Part shown: positions 11,254 through 25,097 of the stretch, in pieces
How positions within the stretch are numbered: the stretch's first letter is position 1
How the letters are laid out: each line of letters starts with the position of its first letter
NCBI RefSeq assembly: GCF_964204645.1
Contig: NC_134026.1
Location: 12,547,950-12,611,949, forward strand
DNA length: 64,000 bases
DNA from: Tubulanus polymorphus
Lineage: Eukaryota; Animalia; Nemertea
Reading direction: 5' to 3'
The notes under the pieces: model-generated
The model's database searches: none
Told to the model about the DNA's origin: nothing
Seen by the model: the letters and a program-made list of their open reading frames with translations, nothing else
Position numbers and translations under genes: made by a program

Positions 11254-14105
11254 ATCGATGAATTTAAGATAGACGATAGATGATTTAGTTCAAATGAGGA
11301 GCACAGATAGTTAATCAGCACTTACGATTGATAGATGTAAATGACAGACGAACTCGATCGGTCAAAATAGTGAAGAAATCTCAGATTTAAAGGGAGCGCT
11401 GCAAAAACATGTTAGCGTTCAGAGGTGATCTCAACTGTTACTCAACTGTTACATATCAGAAGTTTCACTGAAAACACTGTATTTCAGTATGGCACTATCT
11501 TTCGTTCGTTGGCGCATCTGAAATTGCATTTTTTTGAGCTAGAATATTGTTTGATTTTTTCCATATGCCTTTTAGTACCGATTCATGGGTCTCGGGGTTA
11601 AACTGGGATTTTGCTTGCTGATAATTAAGCGATATGGCTAAGGTGGATATACTGATATTGGATTGGGGTGAATTTAGAAGCTCGCGCATAGTGATACAAT
11701 TGGCTTTTCTTAAAAATTCAATTTTTTGTTTTGTACTTATCGAGTAATGAGCGATCAAGTAGTACGTGTTGAAATTCTGGTCGAACTTCATATAATTCAG
11801 ATATACGTACCAACCATGAATATTTCATTGCGCTCAGCTTTAACTTTATTTATGAACAGACTGAAGTTCTCTTTCGATAGCTTTGTGCCGTAGTTCATCG
11901 TTTTCGGAGCGATGAAGGTACTGAGAGAAACAACTGTCGGACATTTTTTTAAATATTTTGGTTACATAAGGGACTTTTCGATTCACTTCTACCAATTCGG
12001 GAATTTGCATTCGTTCCAAGACACGACGGTCAATTTATGGTGGATTTATGTTAAATCCTGTATAAGATTATTCTATAATAACATATTTGTAGTTCGAAAG
12101 ATTATAACAATCACAGGTAAGAATGGACATAGATATCAACGTGTGTTTATCGTAAATGAAACATGCCTAACTTTCTCGTAAATCCATTGTTGCGCGCTCC
12201 ATCGACGCATTGATGAAGCTCGCGCGCTATTGAGTTTTGTGTTAGTGATTTGATTTAAACGGCAGTTAATCTTCCATGATGTTTTATTGTAAAAAGTTGA
12301 GTATTAATAAATTTACTTTAGAATAATGTGATTCTCGTGATGTAAAAATCATTTTCCAACTGCAGAGAAAAGTTTTTCCAATTTAACCGTAAAAATTGAT
12401 CGGTAAAGTCAATTGTTTTTCCCATTACGGGCACGCGTTGAGTGGTGTCTTAGTGTGTTTGGCTGTCAATAGATGGAGCAAAAATGCATCTTATGCATGA
12501 GTTGACTATACAGTTGCCATATATGGATCTCTACGGTCACAACAGTGTAAGACAAATTCGGATAGTCGCAGATTTGATTTTTCCAATTTAGAGCCAAAAA
12601 CCAGATCTGTAAAAATCAGAAAAATTTTAAGGTTTTAAATGGACGCTTAAAATCACGAATTTGACGACACCGTGGACACGCCATGCAATTTTTGCCTCAT
12701 AAATCCTATGACATCATCACACTTCCCATTTAATGAAAATCTCATCTGGAATAGGCTCGTCCCTAAGAATATAATATTCTCAAATGATTTTTTCAACCGT
12801 AGGCCCTAATTTTCTTGGTTTCCGTCCACCTCGTCAATGCCGATACCGCACCTTCCCCCTCATGACCCTATTTAAATCATTTCAAAAACTTACTGATAAT
12901 TATTAGACCGATAATTACTCTTAAAATGATAATTCATGTAGTATATTGCATTCAAAAAAACTGTTTTCATTCAAACACTGTATTAAAACAAAACGTATAG
13001 CGCGAGCGCGCGGCGCGCCCCAATATATGAGCACTGGATGTGCTGCCACCATGGTGACTGTAGCGTGTATGTGATGGTGTTTGTAGGCCTCTATACATCA
13101 GTAATCTGCATATCGAGCGCTTAGCCCCGTGTACACTGACTTACACTGACATCACGAGTGGGCTGACTGTTGCTACGCATTGAATTGTCTTCAGTAAATA
13201 AATATCCGTACACCATACAACTCGGCGATAATCGATAACATTAAAGACTTCCAAAGACAGGCTTTCAAATTTAAAGATTCTAGTATTTCCCCAGCAACAT
13301 AACAATTCAAAAACCTTCATGGAATTTAAAGACCGCTACGGACCCTGGTATTAGGCTATTCCATCACATTTTGTCCAAAATCAGTTTTTGAAAAATAAAT
13401 CCTTTCCAAAATTGTTAATATTGAATCCACCATCTGATCCAGATAAATGTAATTAAGAATACATGTAATATAAGCAAACATTTTATTTTTAAAAACAGAA
13501 AAATAAATATATAAATACAAACATTAGTAACTATTTTGAGACAGAATACATAACACAGAATGGACAGAATACATAACACAAAATGAAAGACAATTTCATC
13601 AATTAATATCAGTTACATCATTATACTCTTCTCTCATGAAAGGGGTCATGCATTTAATATGTCTTATGTATTTAGAGATCTCAGGACCCATGCATATACA
13701 TACTAAATCGATGGTTCCACAAAATCATCACATTTTTACAACAATTGGTCAAATTCCAGATAATTTTTGGAAAAATAATTTAAGTTCGTACGTTCAAATT
13801 AATTTCTTACTACATGTACAAAAATTCTGAAAATGGGTGTCTGCACCTTCAAAATCATCGCATTTTTACACTATAATCAAAATAATTTTGGAAGTATGCA
13901 TGTCAAAATCCCGAAATCAGGAAAAATTGGCAACACTCGTGAAAGAAAGAAAAGGGCACCAATCATTCATGATGGCTATTTTCTTAGCCCAACCACTGAT
14001 TCGCAGGGCTTTCGTACCTCATTTTGAATTACTAGGCTTTAATAACTCTCTTTTCATCAAGAATAATTTCTTCAAGGGTTCACAGGTTGTACGCATACTT
14101 TTAAC

Positions 14106-16599
14106 CGGTTCCTGAACTTCGCTGAAAAAGCTGAAACACTGAAACGCTTAATATTCGCACATTCGAATATAGCAGAAAGTAAGATAAATCATCCAAGCTT
14201 TAATTATAATCTTATAATACATTATATTAATACCGCCTAGAAATATGGAACATTGAATTGAAACTCACCAAACAGGGTAAAGAAACTATGGGTTGATTTT
14301 CTGATGTTTTCTTTACCGCTTTACATTTAACACACGTAGCTGTAAAAAACCAAATGAATCTTGCTGTCAAACTTTAACAGACTTATTTACACACAAACTT
14401 ATCCAATCTAATGGATCTCATAATCTATGCACTAGTCTATTTTAAATCTAAATCATATGAATACAACATTCAAGGCTAGGGTGGAAAATGTCTATGGTAT
14501 GGATGTCAATTAATACTCACTTGTTCCGGTCCAGCTGCTTTGAAAAATCTCTAGCAACGAACTAAAATGTACAATTAAATCATCATACAATATTCTGGCC
14601 AAACAGGTTATGGTATAAGGATTTATGTCCTTTGGAAGGATTCAACTTGACAAAGCCACAGCCAATAAAGTTAAAAAATCATTCGGAATTAATGTTAACT
14701 GTTCCTATAACATGTGCGTATGAGATTCACCTATTAGAACTAATTTTTACAAAGCTAAAAAATTGCTCTGAAGTGCTTCAGATATATAGAACGAACCATA
14801 CACCAATTACAGTTAAAATTAGACTAAATACTTACGGCTCCTGATTATAAATTATTCTGAATAGCCCTGTAAGAAACTCTTCAGCATCTTGCTGATGACG
14901 AATATTGCCACCAGGAATAATGTCTGAAAGCAATGAAAGGTAATTAAAGCACCAAACTGCAACTTTTGCATGAAACAACTGTAACAACTTAAATGCCCTT
15001 ATCTTATACTAAATAAATTTGAGCCTATGCCCTAGTAGTCGGAATTGACCTTGGATATTGCACTTATCAGCCAAAGCCTAACTAGATATCGACTGTTCGA
15101 ATTTAAATGCATTCTTCATACAGTTTAAAAGAGGAATTAAGACTTACCATTTACCAGATAAAAAAGCTCTTCGTGATAGCCACTAAAGCAGTGGTCAAGT
15201 ATACAAAGGATGCAATCATCCACTACACCTACAACAAGAACATGAAAATTAATCGATGTTGTACTTGCTGCAAGACTACATTTTATATTATCGTTGTATG
15301 TACATGTATCTTAAAAAACCTTGAAATTACACTGCATTAAATTGTTTCTTATTAACATCTTCTTTTATCTTCTTTTAATTACTTCAATTTACTCCAGCTG
15401 ACCACGTAACACACAAGGTCCTATTATCGATACAGGCCTACCTGTTAATATTTCAGGTCATACTCACAATCAACTGTGCTGCTGTGTGCAAATATACGCT
15501 CCCTAAAACATGGCAAGGCCTTCAAACATTGAACTATGGCATTCAAGTAACAACTACTTGCATTTAGATTGCTTAGCCCTTTAGGTTCCATATTTAGCAG
15601 AATTGAAAGTAAACACGTTTTCTCATCAATTGGGTTGTAGATAACTGTGCTTCAATTATCTGTATATGATCATGATAATCAGACATATCAATATCATTAT
15701 TCATATATAGGCCAATTTACCAGGCGGCATATAGCTGGCTTAGAGAAAATATTTCCACTCGAATTAAATTCACGTTTATTTCATAATTTCAGTCAGATAA
15801 ACCAACTTGAATCAAATCGACCTTCGTCGTTTTCCGAACTTTTCCATACCACAGGACCAAATTGCGATGTCAATCTCTAAACAGCGTATATACACACACC
15901 AGCATGGTGCCATAATACGCATGTGTGAACCCGGTGAACTTAGAAAATCCAAAGACAAATGTTACAAAAATGGGATTCGGACACGCAAGCACGTGAATGT
16001 CATATGCCTTATCCGCATGGGCTACTGTCAAAACCTGATTCTGATTACCTGAAGTATGGAAAAGTTCATTTACCATCAACCTCAGACTTAGCAAGGAGTA
16101 ACTTAGCGCCACAACCGACCTACTTCTGGGTGTCCAATGACAAAGAGTACTAGCAATTTTCAAAATAATGAACAAATACATTGATTTGAATTGATTTTGC
16201 CGGTTAATGAATATTTCATGGCATGCATTATGTCAATGCGAACGGCCTGCAAAACCCGAAATATTCAGCGGAATAAATGTGTATGAGTGTTCAAACATGT
16301 AAAACACATCAAAAACACATCTACGCAATCCGCAATCGATTAAAAGTCGAACATGAAGACGACCTTAAGGCATTTCTCTGTAACCGAAGGTGGAGACTAA
16401 AACACGGTTCAGGACTCGGCAGCGGACACCGGCCCGGAAATTATTCCAAAACGTGTTTTGTCGGTACCACGATTTCAGCGTTTTTCGGGAATTCCCTGAA
16501 ATTTCGGCGTTTTTCGGAAATTCCCTGAAATTTCAGCGTTTTTATTTCAGCGATTCAGCGTTTCAGTGTTTCAGCTTTTTCAGCGAAGTTCAGGAACCG
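14106..16599. mobile_element. Non-autonomous TIR DNA transposon with a 10-bp TSD
   Basis: About 43-bp TIR CGGTTCCTGAACTTCGCTGAAAAAGCTGAAACACTGAAACGCT at both ends; TSD TACTTTTAAC at 14096-14105 and 16600-16609; subterminal TTTCAGCG repeats. Confidence 0.9.
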
Positions 16600-17980
16600 T
16601 ACTTTTAACTCCCATTTTCAAAAGTTCAGACCTTAATCCCTCAACACTTTCAGGTACAGGATCACATGGAACACAATTTTCCTGTATCTCCTGCAGTATT
16701 CTACGCTTTTTTCTTTGAGCCCGGGAGTGCTTTTCCCACAACCAGTAATTTTGATCAGTTTTCTTATATGCCCTTTTCTTTCTTTCATGGCCAGAGTCCT
16801 TTAAATGTTCTATTCTTTTCAGGACCGTTAATACCTCCTTAGTTGAATCAGCCTTACAGGTCTTAGCCATGTGTAACTTTTTGATAATCGCATTCAACTT
16901 TTCTATCCCTTGTCCTGTATACCTTTTGAGCGGACCAAATTTGTCCAAAAAGAAAGGTACATGGAAAAGAAGCGCATGCATATAGGGTGTGATATTGGCC
17001 TTCTTGTATCCCTTCCTTTGAGAACCAAGACTGAGAAAATCAGTAATCCAATTTTTCACATTTTCAAAGAAAACCAATGGTTCTGGTACATGCGTATCAT
17101 CAGACAAATATTTGTACAAATCAAAGAAATTAATCCACAGTTGTAATACATCATGTTTTGTCTGTGCATGCATGACATCTGACCCCTGTAACATCTGAGG
17201 TAGAAGTGTCATAATGGTTTTTACATCGGGTCCTTGAACAGATGTCCAATCAAGTTTGCCAGTACCTTTATGTGTTAATGGATCTCTGACTTCCCAAATT
17301 CTGAAAGTCACACCACATGAGTTTATCAGTTTACAAAGGTTTTGTAGTTTATCTCCTATTGGTAGTTGATTAGCAGTATCTAGCTGGCCAAGTCTGGCAA
17401 AGTCATCAAGATCCTTAACATCAGTGATGATATTACGCAATAATACATCAAATATTCATATTAATAGCTCATCAATTACAATGTTTCCTGGATCTATCTT
17501 TAATATAGGTTGAGGGTCTACCCCGTTTTTGGATTCAAGGGCATCATTCACTAAATTATCATAGGTTCTGACATGAGGATCTTGATGAAAATGATCCCAA
17601 TTATGATTATGATGTCTGTTGTCTTTGTGCACTTTGCACCATGGACAACTTTGATTGGCTGTACTGCCTTTTAAACCACACAACAGTTGTAAAAATTTCA
17701 TATCGCCAACAATACAATTTCAACCTCATATGATAGACGATTAATAGCCATTATCTTTTGAATCAATATTTCATTGATTTCATCAATGAGTGGTTTGAAA
17801 CCGTTCTTGATAGACTCATACGATTCAGACTGGTTAAGAATTGCAATAGGAATAGGTACACCTGGGTTTGCCCCTTCTTTCAGAATGGCAAGTGACATAG
17901 TTAGGAAACTACTAACACGACTCATGTTTGCTCCATCACCACCCAATTGTAAGACAATTTTCTCAGCAGACTGAAGAGAA

Positions 17981-18114
17981 GGGCCATTCTTAACCAGAAG
18001 AGCTACTTGCTCATGGAAACTTATGTAAGCTCCTGGTATTCCCCCAAGGGCCATTCTTAACCAGAAGAGCTACTTGCTCATGGAAACTTATGTAAGCTCC
18101 TGGTATTCCCCCAA
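17981..18114. repeat. 67-bp exact tandem duplication frameshifting the transposase
   Basis: GGGCCATTCT...CCCCCAA at 17981-18047 and 18048-18114. Confidence 0.9.
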
Positions 18115-19407
18115 CAGCCCTATGCATAGAATATATATCTGACAGAGATTCCCTACATTGAACTATAAGTGACTTCTTTGGTAATTCTGAATCAAGAACG
18201 GTCAATTCATGGAAGACAGCATCGCTGATACAAAATGAGTCTAGCACATACAAAATATTGTTCAATTTGTCCTTCACGGAGTCGGACAATTTCTCATAAC
18301 TACCTATGTTCCTGCTGTTGTCAGATTTCAAATTGATATTATGCTCGTTAGTTCCACAAGTTACAATCAAGGAGTCAATTTCCAATATGTTTCCATAAAC
18401 CATAGAGCCCTTTCAATTTCCCCATGTAGCGAATGAAGTCTACGCTTTTGTTGCCAATCACTAAGATCATGATATGATTTCCCACTATTTGTCTTGATAG
18501 GATTGTTATAAACCTTGTCTAGATAATTACTTAATGATGAGCTCAATCTTTCAATTTCTATTTGCTGTTCCTGACATTTGGTAGACAAGGAGTGGGTACT
18601 GTTTTGATATTCAATGATTGATTCCAAAAGTAGATCAATCCTTCTCTGTAGGTCACAGTTTTCAGAGGTCAAAATTTTACAATTCTGAACTTGCCCCCCA
18701 ACAACTAGTTCAGGGGCATATATGCCCATTGACCACACTTTAGCATTCAGTTCCATGTACCTTCTACCGGACAAGTTCTTGTACTTGTACTTGGTACTTG
18801 TTTTTACAGAGTAACAGATTTCTTTGATTCTTTGATTCAGACGTTCAGTATGGTGCAACTGAACAACGTTTGGAAGGGCTACATTCAATAATAAAACATA
18901 GCTAGCATCTTTGTATTTTTGCTTGAAGTTTAGAGCTTCTTTGATTAGACCATAGTCCATTTGTAAGCTAAGTACAACATCAGCAGATGTACTGAAACTA
19001 CATGTTACTAAATTCAATTTGTACATATATTCGATATTTCCAAGAGACATATTGCAAGTTCTAAATATGATTGTAAACAGAAGTAAATAACTAACACTCC
19101 AGTTCTGCAGTGTAATAAGTACAAAAAATACAAAACCAGTTCTGCAGTTAAACCTTGCCTAACGCGGACAAACTGGGACTGGCAAAATTGGTCCGAGGTA
19201 AGTGAAGTCCAAATAAAGGATAGGAAAAATTACAAAACCACAATCTGCAGTCGAACAATCGCAAAAAAGACAACTACAAGTTCTGATGTCAAATATTCAT
19301 GAAAAAAACCACAAATACAGTTCCAATCTGCAGTCTTAAAATGAAATTCTTGAATAAATGACCACTCACTACAGCTTGACATTAAAGTCAATTAAGTTCA
19401 ATACAAA

Positions 19408-21429
19408 CTACGAATTTTCATCATTCAATGTCGCCGTATCGCACGCAATAGTTACACATCGGACGATTATTTTCTCGAGTGGGTGATTCTTCCCAAAATC
19501 AAGATTTTTGTTCTCATTTACGTAATAAATTCTTCGACTAAACGATAGTTTTGCTTTTAATTCTACAGGGAATAGTATTCTGATTCCCTGCCCATGTTTG
19601 TTGATACGATAATTCCAAGCAGCGTCGAGTTGTAACTTATCAAAGTCGCGTTTTTGAAGTGACAAGTATCCATTTTTAAGAAGAGTTCCCTTTCCGTAAA
19701 AAACATAACGATAAATATCCAGCGGAAATTCGATGTTTGCCCTTACTACTCCTTCAGTTAGGACTAATCTTCTAACAGCTTCAGAAAAACGATCGGACCA
19801 AAATGAAATTCGTGTGGGTTCAATATTTGGTTCCTCGTAATTATCAATAAAATGACGTGGCAGATGTGAAGACGGCACCCAGGAACAATGAGTTATACTA
19901 TAAGTTTCCCACTTGACAAGAAAGAAAACCTGAAAAATACAACAATTTTTTTGTACCAGTACTTCAGCATCTTGATGACATTTAGATCTTATGAAATAAA
20001 TTATTTGATTCTCATCAGCGCCCACTCCGAATTGTAAACACTTAACATAATAGTGACACATAGCACTCAAATGAGTTCACATTTATTGATTATTGAAAGC
20101 TAGTTCAGTTCAGCAAACATTGACCCATTTTTGTTCAGTGACAAGCGGTTTTGGTTTAAAAAAAATCGCAACCTCAATGGGCCTTGCTATTGTGGAGTCG
20201 TTTTTAGATGAATATGACGGATATAAAATCATCATAAATAATATATTATATATAATATATAATATTATTTCATACAAAATATAAACCTCCCTCTCCAATA
20301 TGTTGATCACAACTGATGAGAATCAAGTAATTTTTTATGGCCTGCAGAACGTGTGGTATCACTAAACAGTCATCTCAAAGTTGATGAGGGTTTTCATTAT
20401 TCATTATTTTCAGCCACAAAATAGGCAACAGTAACAAACCGAAGAACCTTCACCGACAAGTAGGCCTGCATACGCATAATATGTGCTATTATATGCTGTA
20501 TTTATTCATAGGAGTTCTAAACATAATTCAAGAATTATGTGTCAATCACAAATCAACATCACCCTTGATTTCCTCTCAGTATGAAAATTTTGAAGTTTGA
20601 AGAAATGTGTAAAACAAGTAGGCTAGGCCTCCCCTCTAGGACAGGTTGTAACTTCTGTTCTCCAAATCTTACAAAAACAATAAGCACTGAGACTTCTGAG
20701 ACTTGGCATCTTAAAAAATATAGGGCCATCTAAATTCAATTGACAATAAACACAACAGACCTTTCCAATGATTTGTGGCAGTATTTGTTGTAAAATTGGG
20801 CAACAGCTTCAATTTATGTTTGATAGGTGGCGCTAGCGGTGGCTCGGTTAGCTGTCAGGGCAGCCACATACCGAATTATAATCCGTGAATTTAAAGACAT
20901 AAACAGTGCCATCCGAACTCGTAATGGCAATCTACATAATAAATATTGATCTAAAAATGTTTTATCAATGTATTTTAATAGTTTTGTGCGTTATGCTTAT
21001 TTTCTAGATATTAGAACATAATAAATTAAAAATTACGAATATTTTCATTTGGAACCAGGGCATCCTCGCAGGCGGGTGACTACACTCATACCTTAATTCC
21101 ATAGGTCTAAATAAGACATTTTAGCCGAATATACAAGCGTAGTGCGCTAGTTTACTTTGTCTCTTGTTGGGGGCTAAAAGAATGTATTCTTCTTAACTTA
21201 ACGTTACCTTTCGGCCCTCTGTCTTTCTCGAAATAATTCTTTCAACGTCGTAGTAGCCTAAAGTCTGTACAGCAGGTTGAGCTTTAACTTTCCTTTCCTT
21301 TATTAATGGAAGTTGGATCATCTGTAGGTAATTTTTTGCCTCTAAATTTCTTAAATTGTACGACGACAAGGAATTATCGCTGGAATTCCTGGGAGCCGCC
21401 ATCACTACGATTTCATTGGTTGAGCTCAT
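19408..21429 (-). CDS. Two-exon chromodomain protein, join(21429..21208, 19929..19408)
   Basis: Exon 1 ends YYDVERIISRKTEGRK at AAG/GTAACG. Acceptor TGTTGTATTTTTCAG/ precedes VFFLVKWETYSITHCSWVPSSHL. The phase-0 splice reconstitutes a canonical chromodomain. Confidence 0.8.
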
Positions 21430-21518
21430 TGTAGCACGCCACGCAGTGGCGGATAGGTGAAACTAATCTGCACAGAAAAGTTCGGCATGCTGGTATTTCT
21501 TTAATTCCTAATGAATTA

Positions 21519-21834
21519 AGCCGGGCGTAGGTTGGCCTTGCGACGGCTTGTGACTCACTGCGACGCCATTCACTGCGACCGTCAGCAACGACTCAACGAC
21601 CTACGCTCCCTTGTGACTGCCAGCGACAGGGTGCGACCGTCAGCGACGCCAGTCACAAAAGTCTAATGTTCTACTTTCTGCGACGCAACCATCACAACCG
21701 ACCTACGCGCTCTTGGGACTGGCAGAAACTAGTCGCACACCACCGCTGACAATCGTGTCGCAACCTACTTGAACCCACAATTGCGACGCAATGCGAGGAT
21801 TGCTTCGCATCGCAAGGCCGACCTACATCCGGCT
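21519..21834. mobile_element. PIF/Harbinger-type (Tourist-like) MITE
   Basis: TIRs AGCCGGGCGTAGGTTGGCCTTGCGA / TCGCAAGGCCGACCTACATCCGGCT; TTA TSD on both sides; internal TGCGAC repeats. Confidence 0.85.
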
Positions 21835-21837
21835 TTA

Positions 21838-22344
21838 GGTTACTGCGGAGCCGCAGAAAGATCTTTTTTGCTCAAAAGACCTTTCGCTCGAAAATCTTTT
21901 TGTCGGAACACAAATTTTTTCGCTTGAACCAATTAAATTCTGTTTCGATTGAACCAATTTAATACAAAAATCGTTAGAACAAAGTTGTGTTCGTTCGAAC
22001 AAACTTTTTTTTGTCCAAACGAAAGGTTTTTCGTTCGAACAAGTATATCGTAAAAAGTTTTTTGTTCGAACCAAAAGTATAAAGCATTTCGTTCAATCGA
22101 ACAGAATTATTTTCATTCAAACGTTCGTTCGAAAAAAATGGTTTTCGCTCAACAATTTTTTTTTGTCGGGACAAAAAGTTTTTCATTTCAACTATAGCAA
22201 TTTTTTGTCCAAACGAAGAAAAGTTTTCGTTCCAACAAAAAGCATGTTGTTCCATCAAATAGAATTGTTTTCATTCGAACGAGATTTTAGAACATTAAGT
22301 TTCGTTTTGTTCGAACAGATATATTGTTTCATCGAAGCATTTTA
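21838..22344. repeat. Degenerate array of TTCGTTCGAAC-like motifs (probable subterminal region of a DNA transposon)
   Basis: Many copies of tcgttcgaac/tcgttcaa separated by A/T runs; abuts the truncated left TIR of Polinton B. Confidence 0.55.
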
Positions 22345-25097
22345 CGAGCTCATAAAAAATAAAAAAATAAAAATAAAAAATAAATTCTCGCACGCTCGAA
22401 TTTATTTGTCATTTTTTACTCACTCGCCCCTTCAACCTTTAACCTGAACCCCTATTATCCCTATTACTCTTAAAATATTCATATATATGAATAACATATA
22501 AATCTAAAATCAATTTTAATAAAAAATTTGATATTAAAATGGAAGCAAATAAGAAGTACTACTGTCCAACATGTAAAATCAATATAGATAAATCCCAAAA
22601 AGCAAGACACAATAAAACTAGAACACATTTAGAAAATAAATTAAAATTAAAAATATAAAGATGATATATTAGAAACTAAATTAGAAGAATTAAAGAATGA
22701 AAAAGAAACATACAAATGTGATACATGTAATCAATCATTCAGTGATTAAAGATATTATAATGAACATTTAAAATCTAAAAGTCATATGAGAAATATGAAT
22801 AATGATATTTTAGGTGAAGATTATTTTGATAATGACAATGATAAGAAACATAAGACAATCAAATTACCAAATACAAAAGGTGATAAAATTGTACATTATA
22901 CATTAGAACCTTTGTATTCATTAAAAGATTATGATTCAAATGGTGTTATAGATATATTATGAAAATCATTATATGTGGATAAAACAAATCGATTTATTTT
23001 TTAAAACAGAAAATAACCACAATAAAATATATCTATGTAGAAAATGTTTACATAGATTCAGTAATGAAAGGACATTATTAAATCATAAGCAATTATGTGA
23101 TAATCATGATTATTGTAAAATAGTTTTACAAAATGAAAAGGATAAAATATTAGAATTCAAAAAATATGATTACAAGAATAAAGTACCATTTGTAATATAT
23201 GGAGATTTTGAATCACTAAATAAGGAACTAACTGATCAACTAACTGATCAAGATAGAAAAGAAATATATTATAAAAGAAAGAAACTAAACTATGAAAATG
23301 ATTTTTCAGAAGAACTACCAATAACAAATACTATTAAAAAGATTCATCAATCAGCAGCAGCTTTTCGATTATATATTAAATCTGATTACCCAGAACTAAT
23401 TAAATGTGAATATTATAATTACAGAAATGAAAATGTTATCAATCATTTTTGTGACTTATTAATCGAGTATGAAATAAAATTTTATGAAAAGTTAAATGAA
23501 AATAAAGAAATAATTATGACAGAAGAAGATAAAGAAGAATTTGAGTTTGCAGATAAATGTTATTATTGTGAAAAGATATTTAATTATAAAGATAAAAAGT
23601 AAGAGACCATGATCATTTGAATGGAAAGTTTAGAGGCGCAGCGCATGAGAATTGTAACTTACAAGCTAAGAAAATTAACTTTGTTCCAGTAATATTTCAT
23701 AATTTATCAGGATATGATGCTCATTTATTCATCAAACAGTTATGCCATAAAATAGAACAAATCAATAATGAAATAGAAAGATTAAATTCAAATAGATCAA
23801 AAGATAAAATACCGACATATAAATTTAAAATGTTAGCTAAAACATCTGAGAATTATATATCCTTCCAATTCGGGTGTCTAAGATTTATAGATTCATATAG
23901 ATTTTTAGGTAGTTCATTAGATAATTTATCAAAATCATTAGTTGATGATGAATTAAGAATATTAAAGCAACACTATCCAAATAATGATGATTTTCAATTA
24001 ATGAGATATAAGGGAGCGATACCATATAGTTTTTATAAAAATCATAATGATTTTAACATAACTGAATTATTAAAAGAACAGTTTTATGATGAATTAAAAA
24101 ATGAATATGTTAAAGATGAAGTATATAATAGAACATTGAATATTTGGAATCATTTTAAAATAATAAATCATGGACAATTAGTAGATTTGTATTTAAAATC
24201 GGACGTATTATTATTAACTGATATATTTGAAAGGTTTAGAGATGTAAATCTAAAATATTTTAATATTGATCCTTGCCATTGTTATTCATCACCAGGATTA
24301 ACTTGGGATTGTGGTTTAAAATTTACAGATTTAAAAATGGATTTGTTAACAAATATAGATCAATTATTATTATTTTAAAAATCTATAAGAGGAGGTGTTT
24401 CAGGTGTATTAGGGGATAGATATTTCAATGTAAATGATAACCCTGGATATAAATAATATATCATATATAGATGCAAATAATCTAGTTGGGCAAGTAATCT
24501 GGTTGGGCAATGATGGAACCACAACCTTATAGAGTAATTGAAATAAGTGAAGTTTTACAACATGAAAATAATGATAAATTTGATTGGAAGAAAATAATTC
24601 TAGATATTGCAGATGATTCAGATACTGGTTACTTCTTTGTTGTAGACTTGGAATATTCTGAAGATAAAAAATTTAAATTTAGAAATCTAGCATACTGTCC
24701 CGAACATAAAACTGTTACGCATGAAGAATTATCAAATTATCAAAAAAGAATTAAACCTGAAAATCATGTTCGTACAGAAAAGTTAATGGTAACTCAGGAA
24801 GATAAATATAATTATGTAGTGCATTATGTTGAAGTTTTATTTGAATCAAGGAATGGTTCTAAAAAAAGTGCATAGATATATTTCATTTAGTCAATCTAAA
24901 TGGTTAGAAAAATATATAGATTTTTACACCAAACAGAGAACTAAAGCTAAAACTGATTTTGAGAAAGATTTCTTCAAACTAATGAATAATGCATTCTATG
25001 GTAAGACTTGTGAAAATATTAGAAATAGAAATGATATTGAGGAGAGAATCCCACAATGATAATAAAAAGTCCGAAAATGAAACTTCGAGATAGTAGT

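Larger units (their letters stand above)
14034..19050 (-). pseudogene. RAG1/Transib(Chapaev)-like DDE transposase, frameshifted; 3' end split by the 14106-16599 insertion
   Basis: GGDGANM (first D), GDMKFL (second D), CPWC plus YMHALLFH (Zn ligands) and GQGIEKLN (E) occur in the order of RAG1 core CDG / YDEK / CTLC / YFHKTLAH / SEGNE. With the insertion removed, the frame reads ...KMGVKSMRTTCEPLKKLFLMKKRVIKA*. Confidence 0.8.

Noticed and set aside
12700-13370. Several single transposon-like ends (near 12759, 12870, 13347)
   Set aside because: No partner TIR or TSD within the window.
11912-16608. Numerous 60-100 aa ORFs
   Set aside because: No motifs, overlapping frames and location inside non-coding repeats suggest chance ORFs.
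13350-21515. RSS-like CACAGTG TIRs or a RAG2 gene around the RAG1-like transposase
   Set aside because: No matching terminal pair and no kelch/PHD RAG2-like ORF found; the element ends are undefined.
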